This document shows positions 23,930 through 34,630 of a DNA stretch of 37,365 nt, in pieces. The notes under the pieces are model-generated. The model saw only the letters and a list, made by a program, of their open reading frames with translations, was not told the origin of the DNA and did not search any database. Numbering within the stretch: position 1 is the stretch's first letter; every line of letters starts with the position of its first letter. This stretch comes from Octopus sinensis (lineage: Eukaryota). The position numbers and the translations under genes were made by a program. Location: contig NW_021835924.1 in NCBI RefSeq assembly GCF_006345805.1, positions 1 through 37,365 of the forward strand. Direction: 5' to 3'.

Positions 23930-24070
23930 ATATATAAAAAGTACAAAAATGGGACAAGAACGCAAAACATCCAGACAGACGATACAAGGAAAACAAGTAA
24001 GGGTCATTCAGAGTTTTCTATACTCAGTCGAATTCCAGATTATCTTTGCAATTTCGGCTGGTTATACTAA
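23930..24070 (-). mobile_element. Short repeat family P4, probable PLE terminal-repeat remnant
   Basis: Shares GGGACAAGAACGCAAAA..GACGA..GGGTCA with 27420-27496 and 31465-31586, next to (TA)n. Confidence 0.45.
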
Positions 24071-24249
24071 AAAGTGGCGAAGGGTGCATGGAGCTCCTGC
24101 ACTGCTAGAAATAGGAGTCAAAGACTCTTTAGCCACAGTAGCACATGTTTTATTTACTGCCAAAGGATATAACTTCCTCTCCGCAAGCGAGTGGCATTAG
24201 ACTGGAATGCCAATTTCGCACGGAAAGTAATGCTCATCAATTCTGCTTA

Positions 24250-24705
24250 TTCCAATACGAGTGGTGAAGCTAAATTTACCTTGTCAGTCACCCTCACAAC
24301 CCCACACCCCACCCTCGCATCCCCCATATCCCAGCACCACCACACCCCAATACCACCACCATAGCATACATCATTCCACACCGCACCATACACAACCACA
24401 CCACACACCACCACCACATCACCACACCACCACACACAACACCACACAACACACAACACCACACAACACACAACACCACCACACCATATCGCACCACCCT
24501 GCACACAATAGCATTGACCACTTCCCTGCACTCACACCACACCACATCATGCCACGCCACATCACAGCTCCCTCTCTGGACATACTAGCATTGACCACTC
24601 CCCAGCACCCACACCATCATCCACACACCTACACATCCACACGTCAAGGTCACCAGCCCCAATCCACGCGCACACACCTACACACTCTCGCGCACCTTCG
24701 TTTTG
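24250..24705. repeat. (CAC/CA)-rich low-complexity tract
   Basis: Directly visible. Confidence 0.85.
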
Positions 24706-24809
24706 GGATCACTACTTTATTATCTCCCTTTCTTCCTAGCCCTTCTATCTGACCACCTCCAGCCAGCCAGCCGCCATGATAGACCGCTAGCCACTGAAGC
24801 TTCTTAAAG

Positions 24810-24965
24810 TCTCTCTCTGCTTATTTTCTCATGTTCCTTTCTGTTGAAGAGCGTAGGCTCGAAATGTAAAAAAACTCTCTCACCTTCCCGAGCGTTAAAC
24901 TAATACACCATTTTGTTGCTTATACACCTGTCTTCGTCTTTTTAAAAATTTTTTTGTAAATTCCA
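24810..24965 (+). mobile_element. Repeat family P3, probable PLE terminal-repeat remnant
   Basis: CTGTTGA-A-GAGC-gtag-GCTC-GAAA at 24841-24864, then CGAGCGTTAAACTAATACA..CACCTGTCTTCGTCTTT. It is homologous to 4095-4275. Confidence 0.45.
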
Positions 24966-24970
24966 GCTAT

Positions 24971-25381
24971 ACTCTTACTCTTTTACTCTTTTACTTGTTT
25001 CAGTCATTTGACTGCGGCCATGCTGGAGCACCGCCTTTTTTTAGTCGAGCAAATCGACCCCGGGACTTATTCTTTGTAAGCCCAGTACTTATTCTATCGG
25101 TCTCTTTTGCCGAACCGCTAAATTACGGGGACGTAAACACACCAGCATCGGTTGTCAAGCAATGCTAGGGACAAACACAGACACACAAACACACACATAC
25201 ATATATATATATACATACATATATACGACAGGCTTCTTTCAGTTTCCGTCTACCAAATCCACTCACAAGGCATTGGTCGGCCCGGGGCTATAGCAGAAGA
25301 CACTTGCCCAAGATGCCACGCAGTGGGACCGAACCCGGAACCATGTGGTTGGTTAGCAAGCTACTTACCACACAGCCACTC
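24971..25381 (-). mobile_element. SINE family A, near full length, young
   Basis: 25234-25381 is identical by eye to 599-746. Confidence 0.92.
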
Positions 25382-25808
25382 AATTTACCATATGAATCAG
25401 TGGCTGATTCCACAAAATGGTAATGTGAAAATTATAAAATGATTAAGATGACTAAACGCAATTCAAAATCAAAAAGGATATAATTCACCGTCACTAAAAA
25501 GTATATTCGTGAACTTGCTTGCATAAATATATCAAGCAGACCCTACGTTCAAAGACATTCCTGCTATGACCATTCCGTCATTTTTTCTCCCGCGTTATTT
25601 CTAGAACCATATTTCCAATATGTCCTGCTTTTGTAGACTTTAGAGAGTGTTCCTTGAGGGAGATTTTACTGTTATTTTTGGTAGTTCGAATAATAATATG
25701 CAGGCTCTCCTAACTTAGGATTATTGTTGATTATCTCCAAGATAGCCATGAACAATAGTCTATAGTCGAAAACGTTCTACATTGTCCAACATATGAAGAT
25801 CTTATATC

Positions 25809-26041
25809 TATTTTTTTACTACCCACAAGAGGCTAAACATAGAGGGGACAAACAAGGACAGGCAAACGGATTGAGTCGATTACATCGACCCCAGTGCGCA
25901 ACTGGTACTTAATTTATCGACCCCGAAAGGATGAAAGGCAAAGTCGATCTCGATGGAATTTGAACTCAGAACGTAACGGCAGACGAAACACGGCTACGCA
26001 TTTCGCCCGGCGTGCTAACGTGTCTGCCAGCTCGCCGCCTC
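25809..26041 (-). mobile_element. SINE family B, full length, tail type B1, with a 15-bp TSD (1 mismatch)
   Basis: The TSD is TGAAGATCTTATATC (25794-25808) / TGATGATCTTATATC (26042-26056). Confidence 0.92.
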
Positions 26042-27365
26042 TGATGATCTTATATCGTTATTAAAACGGTAGAATGTATAATCCTAGGGTCATTTGGCTG
26101 CTAAGGTCTAGCAGTCAAGCAGAGTTTCTGATCTCTCTTATTCCCTCATCACATCTTTCTCATATGCCTAACCAGACATTTTCTATGGCGAGTGAGATGC
26201 TGTAGTTTTGATGGGAAACTTCAAGACTACTTTACCGCATTTTTGTTTCGCTTTCGTTTATTAATGCTTTTTTTTTTCTTGCATTTTTCTTTCTTTTTTC
26301 TTTTCATTTCTTTTTTCTTTTTCTTTTCATTTCCTTTCTCTGTGAAGGTCTTAAGTTGTCAGTTTGGTCTCTGATATCTTCTCAATGAATTTTAATTTAT
26401 TTCTAGAGGCTTGAGAAAATAAACTTTTATTTAGATAAATTGGAAGAGACTAGCAGAAGTATGCTACTCAGAGGAACAACAACAAAAACAAAAACAAACA
26501 TCTTAAGAGTGGTGGCGTGGCACAAGGGGTGGGGAACGGAGGAGGCGGAGCGCGAATTAATAAGGACAGTGATGTTAATGTTACCATTCACTCCTTCGCT
26601 CTCTTCTTCCATTCATATCACTCTTCACAGTGGTCATATTGTCTGTCCTGTACCAGTGGTGTTGGTGGGGGTTCGGTGCGGCGGAATAAATACGGCGCAT
26701 GTGAAAAGGGTTGGCGAGGTGGGCGAGAAAGCTGTCATGTGTCAATAATTACAGATTATGCACACACACACAGACACACACATATATATATATACATAAA
26801 TACATACATACATACACACATACATACATACATACACAGACATAAACACGAAGATATCCCCGTCACACACATTCATATACATACGTACACACATAGAAAT
26901 ACATATACAAGCACACACAAGCGCTCACACACACTCACGCCGCACGCACGCACGCACACACACACACAAACTCAAGTGCGCGCGTGCGCACGCACACACA
27001 TGCATGACACCGGTGTTTCTGTGCTTTTAAGTATGAAAACATAAAAGTGCTCAAAACGCACTTGTAGGGGGGGGGGGAATGTGTGTATACAATCCACCGC
27101 ACTATTTACTCAATCAAGTGGAAGTATGTAAACTATACGTTTATATAACTACGCATACATAAACACACACAGACACACACACACACATATATAATATAAC
27201 ATATTTGCTTTGTATGATGTATCCGAGTTGCTTCTATTGTGTTGGATTTTCTTTAAATAAACATTCTTGTCAGACCTCTCGGTAATTAAAATTTCTTTTT
27301 TGTCATTGAGCATTCCTAGTTTTGGTTTAAGATGACCGTCTGATATGTGGACTATGAAGTACATG

Positions 27366-27409
<44 letters not shown>

Positions 27410-27419
27410 AAATTAAATA

Positions 27420-27496
27420 TAAAATATAAATTACAAAGTGGGACAAGAACGCAAAAACACACAAAGAGACGACACAAAAAAACAGACGGGTCACTC
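27420..27496 (-). mobile_element. Repeat family P4 fragment
   Basis: Near-identical to part of 31465-31586. Confidence 0.5.
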
Positions 27497-27510
27497 ATAT
27501 ATATATATAT

Positions 27511-27611
27511 TCGTTTATTCTTTTAGTCATTTGACTGCGACCATGCTGGAGCACCACCTTAAAGAAGAAATTGACCGCAGGATTTATTCTTTGTAGGCCT
27601 TGTACTTATTC
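27511..27611 (-). mobile_element. SINE family A tail fragment
   Basis: CAGTCATTTGACTGCG-CCATGCTGGAGCACC motif. Confidence 0.75.
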
Positions 27612-27613
27612 TA

Positions 27614-27657
<44 letters not shown>

Positions 27658-27880
27658 AAGTACAATATATATATATGTATATAAGCAAAAATAAATCTCT
27701 GAGCGAGGTATAAACAGTAGCTGCAACTCATCGTGAAGTATATTTGCCATTTAAATATGGCTAACCCCTAAGGGTGGATGCTACTGTAGCTTGTAGCCCC
27801 AGGAGGACACCTCCTCCAGATGGCTATAGACACACTTCTGTACCCTATCAGTATTTGCAAAGGGAAGCTATATATATATC

Positions 27881-27981
27881 GCGACACCTTGAGCAAGCGT
27901 CGTCTACTAAAGCCTTGGGCCGACCAAAGTCTTGTGAGTGAATTTGATAGGCGGAAACTGAAAGATGCCCGTCATATATAA

Positions 27982-28015
<34 letters not shown>

Positions 28016-28390
28016 CAGTGTCTGTATACACAAGCACTTATGTATGTGTGTGTGTGTGTGTGTGTGTGTTTGTGTTTGTGTCTGTGCCCCCACCATCACC
28101 GCTTGACCACAGGTGCTGCCGTGTTTACGTTACCATAACTTAGCAGTTCGGCAAAATATATATATGTATATATACACATACATACACATATGTGTGTATA
28201 TGTAGGGGTGTGTGTGTATGTGTGTCTTTGCGCTTTTGCCCTCTCCATCGACTTCACAACCGGTGCTGGTTTGTTTACTGTCTCGTAACTTAGCAGCTCG
28301 GCAAGAGAGACGGATGTTCGCCTAAACCCTTCAAAGCAGTGGTGCCAGCATCTCCGTAATCGAATATCTGAAACAAATAAAAAAAGAAAA
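27881..28390 (+). mobile_element. SINE family A, 5'-truncated, diverged, with part of the tail duplicated
   Basis: The CORE-like CACCTTGAGCAAG, an internal (TG)n, and GTTTAC..TAACTTAGCAG.TCGGCAA present twice (~28120 and ~28270). Confidence 0.75.
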
Positions 28391-28584
28391 GAAAAGAATG
28401 TAATATGTACATTAATGAGGTTGGAGAATCTATACAATAAAGGTAATGAGAGAGAAAAACATAATTAATGATGATTTAATTAATAGTAATTATGTGGTTA
28501 TGTGAAGGTAATATTTACTCAATGATTGACGTTGAGTCTCTATGAACAACAAAATCCACAACAGAACAATGGGAAGCATTGTAC

Positions 28585-28585
28585 C

Positions 28586-28674
<89 letters not shown>

Positions 28675-28735
28675 GGTGGTAGTAGTAGCGGCGGCAGTGG
28701 TAGTAGTAGTAGTAGCAGTTGTTGTTGTTGTTGTT
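28585..28735. repeat. (GTA)n/(GGT)n/(GTT)n compound microsatellite
   Basis: Directly visible. Confidence 0.95.
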
Positions 28736-29241
28736 ATTGATCCCCTTCCCGCTCTCATCCACAGCCCTTAAATCAGAGAAAGCAATACGAAAGCCATTGT
28801 TATCTGTTTGAGAAATCTATCAAAAACGATAGAAAGTTATATAATGCTTATTGATTGGTTTTTTTTTTTTTATCAGATGGTCAACATTTCTGCAAAGGAA
28901 GCATTATATTCTTGGAATTGCTAACAACATTGGCACTGCACAGCAAACCGAATCAGCGAGGCAAGTGGAGCCAGTTTTACTATCGGTATAAGATTTATAA
29001 CATATCTCCAGCGTCCGCCTATATACCAAACCGTTGCTGGTCCACTGTTCATGCTTTGAGCTATTATTAAATCACACGTTCACAAGGATATTTAAGAGCT
29101 TTTTGCTTTCTTTTTTCTCTCCCTTCCTCTCATAATCTAGTGTCCAGACTTCAATATCAGCTTGCAGACACTGGCTGTATAATTTTGCTAAAACTATTAA
29201 CTGACATCATATACTATAATTCTATATACAATTTTATATAT

Positions 29242-29431
29242 AGGCGTAGGAGTGGCTGTGTGCTTACCAGCCACATGGCTCCAGGTTCAGTCCCACTACG
29301 TGGCACCTTGGGCAAGTGTCTTCTACTATACTATAGCCTCGGGCCGACCAAAGCCTTGTGAGTGAATTTGGTAGACGGAAACTGAAAGAAGCCCGCTGTA
29401 TATATGTATATATATATATAAGGTGTGTGTG

Positions 29432-29464
<33 letters not shown>

Positions 29465-29690
29465 TGTGTGTGTGTGTGTGTTTGTGTGTCTGTGTTTGTC
29501 TCCCCAAAATCGATTGACAACCAATGCTGGTGTGTTTACGTTCCCCGTAACTTAGCGGTTCGGCAGAAAAGACCGATAGAATAAGTACAAGGCTTACAAA
29601 GAATAAGTCCTGGGGTCGATTTGCTCCACTAAAGGCGGTGCTCCAGCATGGCCGCAGCCAAATGACTGAAACACGTAAAAGAATAAAAGA
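29242..29690 (+). mobile_element. SINE family A, full length
   Basis: AGGCGTAGGAGTGGCTGTGTG...GGTTCAGTCCC..CTTGGGCAAGTG..(TG)n..CAAATGACTGAAACACGTAAAAGAATAAAAGA. Confidence 0.92.
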
Positions 29691-29959
29691 AAAAGAACAA
29701 TACTAGAAAATGTAATATTTCGTCCTTTTTCTTTGTCTGCAAATACATTATATTAACTTTTTTATGCCACAGTAAATATTTACCAGAGAAAATTTGCAGT
29801 TTTTTAAAGCTCCCCCCACCCGCCCACAAGTCATCTTTTGTACAAGGTGTAACAGGAAAACCCACCATATTTCACACAATCATTAGTTTGGCACCAGTCA
29901 AGCAGGTGGTTTTAACGTAGTCTTTTGTTTTGTATCTTGTTTCAGTCATTAAACTGCGG

Positions 29960-30191
29960 CCAGCAACAACAACAACAGACGCAGTATCCCCACCACCACC
30001 ACCAATAACAACAAAACAACACCAAGAGCAGCACCGCAAACAACAGCAACAAAAACAGCAGCAGCGTCACCACCACCACCACCGCCACCAGCAACCGCAG
30101 CAACAGCACCACCACCAACAGCAGCAGTATCACCATCACCCCGAACAACAACAACAGCATTACCAGTAACAGCAGCAACAGCGCCACTTCC

Positions 30192-30223
<32 letters not shown>

Positions 30224-30265
30224 CTACAGCAACAATTAAAACAACAACAGCAATAACGACACTAT
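29960..30265. repeat. (CAA/CAG/CAC)n mosaic
   Basis: Directly visible. Confidence 0.93.
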
Positions 30266-30585
30266 TAGCGACCCATTGCTTCAGAATCAGGCCTTAAAGT
30301 CCCGTGAGAGAAGTTATCGAAAACGATGGGTTATTTCGAGAGCAGGTCTGAGAATTGTAACAAAACACAGTTGGTCGGGTGGCTGAGAAATATTGGAGCC
30401 TAGAGAGACACACCACTATCTCTACCACCACCCGAGGTTGTAAAGTTGAAGAAATTTATTATTCTCTCTTCCTTAAGAATCCTACACAAGAGTCGTTGAA
30501 TGGTGAAAGTTGAGAGCTGAACAGAATTGGCGTCACCAAACTTAACGTACAATCTGTTGACAAGATCAACATGGCTGTTTTACTG

Positions 30586-30709
30586 TGGTCATGATTATGA
30601 TGACGGCGACGGTGGTGGTGGTGGGAGGGGGGTGAGAGCTGTGGTGGTGGTGGAGGTGCGGCGGTGTGATGTGGCGGTGTTGATGTGGCGGTGTTGATGT
30701 TGCTGCTGG

Positions 30710-30741
<32 letters not shown>

Positions 30742-31134
30742 TTCACGGTAGGTAGGAAGAGGAGGCATTGGAGACGAAGGCAAAAAAGTTGACAAACGAA
30801 GGCATGTGTGTGTTTATATATGTATGTATGTGTATATATATAATCATATATTGTATTATATATGTATATATATTTATATATATATATAATTATATATATA
30901 TATATTATATATCACACATCCATACATACATATATAAACACACACATGCCTTCGTTGGTCACTTTTTTGCCTTCGTCTCCAATGCCTCCTCTTCCTACCT
31001 ACCGTGAACATCATTATCGTCATCATCATCACCAGCAGCAACATCAACACCGCCGCACCTCCACCACCACCACTCTCACCACCACCAACACCCCCCTATC
31101 CCTACCACTGACGCCGTCATCATAATCATGACCA
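30586..31134. repeat. Large inverted duplication centred on a (TA)-rich spacer
   Basis: The arms are ~30586-30835 and ~30915-31134. The same peptide (TFLPSSPMPPLPTYREHHYR) appears on opposite strands in the ORF track. Confidence 0.92.
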
Positions 31135-31223
31135 ATGTGTGTATATGTATATATATATATATACACAAACATACACACATATATATATATACATATATAA
31201 CTACATATATATATATATATTAT

Positions 31224-31428
31224 CTTTACTCTTTTACTTGCTTCAGTCATTTGACTGCGGTCATGCTGGAGCACCGCCTTTAGTCGAGCAAATCGACCCC
31301 AGGACCTATTCTTTGTAAGCCCAGTACTTATCCTATCGGTCTCTTTTGCCGAACCGCTAAGTTACGGGGACGTAAACACACCAGCATCGGTTGTCAAGCG
31401 ATGTTGGGGGACAACTACAGACACACAA

Positions 31429-31459
<31 letters not shown>

Positions 31460-31600
31460 GAATTTAATATCAAATATAAGTTACAAAGTGGGACAAGAAC
31501 GCAAAACACACAAGGAGACGACACAAAAAACCGACGGGTCACTCGAAGCCTCTAATCTTCAATCGGGAACCGGATCATCTTAGTAATATATATATATATA

Positions 31601-31649
<49 letters not shown>

Positions 31650-31802
31650 GAGGCTTCTTTCAGTTTCCGTCTACCAAATCCACTCTCAAGGCTTTAGTTG
31701 ACCAGAGGCTATAGTAGAAGACACTTGCTCAAGGTGCCACACAGTGGGACTGAATCCGGAACCATGTGGTTGGTAAGCAAGCTACTTACCACACAGCCAC
31801 TC
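31224..31802 (-). mobile_element. SINE family A with a P4 fragment inside its internal microsatellite
   Basis: The tail is 31224-31420, the P4 insert 31465-31586, and the head 31648-31802. Confidence 0.88.
31465..31586 (-). mobile_element. Repeat family P4, probable PLE remnant
   Basis: The minus strand has CCGA-TTGAAGA...GAGTGACCCG-TCGG (non-canonical hammerhead-like), inside (TA)n. Confidence 0.45.
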
Positions 31803-31807
31803 TTATA

Positions 31808-31842
<35 letters not shown>

Positions 31843-32034
31843 TCAAAAAGGGTAATAACATAGATTATTATTACCAGTGGCCTAGCACAAAAGACGAATT
31901 AGTCATTAGACAAAATATTATTCATATAGAAATATAATAAAGGGCTTCCAAATAAAAGAAGCCTAGTGCTAGAGTCACAAAAAGGGATAAATTCATCGAG
32001 AGTGAAAATCAAAAACATTTACCATTAACGATAT

Positions 32035-32114
32035 ATCCCGGACTGATCAGTTTCTACCTCTTTCTAGCAAAACATACAGAATATGTTTGCTAAGGCCGGA
32101 TTCATCAGCGGGAC
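32035..32114 (-). ncRNA. Type I hammerhead ribozyme motif (left arm)
   Basis: GTCCCG-CTGATGA-[stem II hairpin]-GAAA-CTGATCAG-TC^CGGGAT. Stem I has 5 Watson-Crick pairs plus 1 GU, stem III is palindromic (ACTGATCAGT), and the cleavage triplet is GUC. The base of stem II is weaker in this copy. Confidence 0.65.
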
Positions 32115-32329
32115 GCCTTTGCTAATTCTAGATGCACAGAGCGTTAGACCATGTGTCGATCTAACAATTTGTAAATCTTAACTTTTCAAAAATATACCCG
32201 GCGATATAGGGCATGCCCTATATCGCCGGGTATATTTTGCGTCTGCGCAGAGTTTTGAAAAGTTAAGATTTACAAATTGTTAGATCGACACATGGTCTAA
32301 CGCTCTGTGCATCTAGAATTAACAAAGAC

Positions 32330-32409
32330 GTCCCGCTGACGAACCTTGCCTTGGCAAACATATTCTGTCTGTTTTGCTAGAAAGAGGTAGAAACTGATCA
32401 GTCCGGGAT
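32330..32409 (+). ncRNA. Type I hammerhead ribozyme motif (right arm)
   Basis: GTCCCG-CTGACGA-ACCT..AGGT-A-GAAA-CTGATCAG-TC^CGGGAT, with predicted cleavage after 32403. There is one extra A before G12. Confidence 0.7.
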
Positions 32410-32719
32410 ATATCGTTAATGGTAAATGTTCTTGATTTTCACTCTCGATGAATTTATCCCTTTTTGTGTCTCTAGCACTAGGCTTCCTTATTTGGGAGTC
32501 CTTTATTATATTTATATATATATATATATATATATATACATACATGTACATACAGATATGTATGTATGTGTGTATGTTTGCGCATACATACTAATAAATA
32601 TACATCCATATAAACATTTTATAGATACACACACACACACATACACATACACAAACACATATAAAAATATATATACACATACATACTTGTTGTATTTCGG
32701 GACAGTCAATTTTTTTCCC

Positions 32720-33080
32720 AAATAAACACACGCACTGTATATTCGTTCTTCACTCGTTTGTTACTGTTCTTATTCTAACTCATGTCCATTGTCCGGAAAT
32801 CTTTCGTCACACATCTGTGACCTCCAGGACGGGGCTAAGGGGAGGGTCATAGTGCTACTAAGAACAATGACACACACACACACGCGCGCGCATGCGCATA
32901 TAAGGATACACATCAGACAAGAGCAGAATGAAACAAGCGGAATAAGAGCACACACGAAGACGGAAAGTGTCGCTGAGGCGGTAACAGATGTGTGACGAAA
33001 GATTCCCGGACAATGGACATGAGTTAGAATAAGAACAGTAATAGAGTGAATAACGAATATATAGAGCGTGTGTTTATTTG
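32720..33080. mobile_element. MITE/foldback-like element with ~100-bp inverted repeats
   Basis: 32720-32818 (CAAATAAACACACG..CACACATCTGT) is the reverse complement of 32984-33080, around a 165-bp spacer. No clear TSD. Confidence 0.7.
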
Positions 33081-33143
33081 ACAAAAAATAAAATAATAAT
33101 AATAACATCCTGAAATACAACAATATATATCTGCGGGTATGTA

Positions 33144-34330
33144 CAGGGGTTGAACAAAATAATGGAAACACCAAGCATCATAGCATCATAATTTTGAAAT
33201 ATCTATAAAACAGTCAAAAGCTTGTTTATTTTTATGTTTATTTATTTATTATTAGTGTTGCTTAATATGTTTTGCTAAAATTGCTGTTTCTTTTCAGATA
33301 TCAGAAAAAGGTAATTAAAATTCATTAAAATGACAGATCTATCGGACTTTCAAAGAGATCAAATTGTTAGTGCTCGTATGGCAGGCGCTAGCGTAATGAA
33401 AACAGCTGAAATGTTTGGTGTATCAAGAAGTGCTGTCTCGAAAGTAATGACAGCCTTTGAGAAAGAGGGAAGGAAACCAAAACTTGGACTTGTTAGAAAT
33501 TGTTAGAAAGGATCACAAAATACAGCTCCCAAAATTACTGCAAAGCTTAATGACCACCTCGAGAACCCAGTCTCTACAAAAACTGTTCACCTGGAGCTGC
33601 ACAAAGCCAGCTTTCACGGGAGGGCTGCAATCAGAAAACTACAACTTTAAAAAACAAACGTTGCAAAGAGTGTAGAGTGAAGTAAAAACTTATAGAATTG
33701 GTCCCTAGAGCAGTGGAACAATGTTATTTTCGACCACCAACCGAGTATACGTGTACAGACAGCCAAAAGAAGCATTTAACCCAGACTGCCTTCTTCCAAC
33801 TGTTAAACATGGAGGAGGATCTGTGATGATCTGGGCGGGGTGGGGGTATATCTTGGAAATGGTTTCCCTTCACGGCAGAATTAATAGTCAAGACTATTTA
33901 AGCATTTTATCTGATTAAATTCATCCTATGGTTGCAGAACTATTACCAGAGGGAAATGTAATCTTTCAGGTTGATAATGCACCAATTCACACAGCTAAAG
34001 TTGTTACTGAATGGCACGAGGAACATTCTAGTGGAGTTGAACATCTTATCTGGCCACCACAGTTCCCAGATCTTAATATTATCGAACATTTATGGTGCAT
34101 TTTAGAAAAACAAGTAAGGAGTCGATATCCTCCACCATCATCACTACAAGAACTGGAGACTGTTTTAGCTGCAGAATGGGCAAAAACTCCTTTGGAAACA
34201 ATTCAAACTCTGTATGAGCCCGTACCTCGTAGAATCGAAGCTGTAATTTCTGCCAAAGGCAGTCCTGCTTCATATTAAAATAAATTTGTTAGAAATTTTA
34301 AGGTGTTTCCGTTATTTTGTCCAACCCCTA
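33144..34330 (+). mobile_element. Full-length Tc1-type DNA transposon, DD36E (Incomer-like), decayed
   Basis: TA flanks. The 29-bp TIRs are CAGGGGTTGAACAAAATAATGGAAACACC / GGTGTTTCCGTTATTTTGTCCAACCCCTA. The element is 1187 bp. Confidence 0.92.
33330..34278 (+). pseudogene. Tc1 transposase (stops, frameshifts, first catalytic D region deleted)
   Basis: MTDLSDFQRDQIVSARMAGASV..; PTVKHGGGSVMIW; FQVDNAPIH...WPPQFPDLNIIEHLW, with 36 residues between D and E. Confidence 0.9.
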
Positions 34331-34344
34331 TATGTATATACATG

Positions 34345-34630
34345 ATGGGCTTTGCCCTCGAAAACGACGTATGAGCGTTTCAGCTTTTTGCCGAATGACC
34401 TGCACAAATGATTTGTTTATAGTGGTCAAGTGTATGTGCTGGACATTAGCTCACTTTCATTAGTGTGTAACACACGTCACGTGTCGAAGTGATCGCAGTG
34501 CAACGTGAGATGAAGTGTTTTGTTTTTTTAAGAACACAACACACCACCCAGTCTTGGAATTGAAATCACGATCTAGCGATCGTAAGTGCAACTGAGCCAT
34601 CCAACCACTCACCACTAAGCCACCCAACCT
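34345..34630 (-). mobile_element. Old SINE, family C-related head with another tail
   Basis: GATGAAGTGTTTTG..AAGAACACAAC..CCCAGTC.TGGAATTGAAATCACGATC..ACCACTAAGCCAC resembles the minus-strand head of 36869-37180. Confidence 0.6.

Larger units (their letters stand above)
31930..32513. mobile_element. 584-bp zero-spacer palindrome, head-to-head PLE/retrozyme-like repeat (family P1)
   Basis: The centre is GCA|TGC at 32213/32214. The arms are 284 and 300 bp, with ~13 substitutions, a 17-nt indel and a 1-nt indel. Each arm has a hammerhead motif. Confidence 0.8.

Noticed and set aside
26041-26047. CTGATGA hammerhead core word
   Set aside because: It is part of a SINE TSD, with no GAAA or stems.
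29930-30169. PolyQ/H ORF like a transcription-factor low-complexity region
   Set aside because: It is a CAA/CAG/CAC mosaic starting inside a SINE tail tip, with no flanking domain.
30458-30590. Polypyrimidine tract plus AG resembling a splice acceptor
   Set aside because: All three downstream frames stop within ~40 nt, and there is no matching donor.
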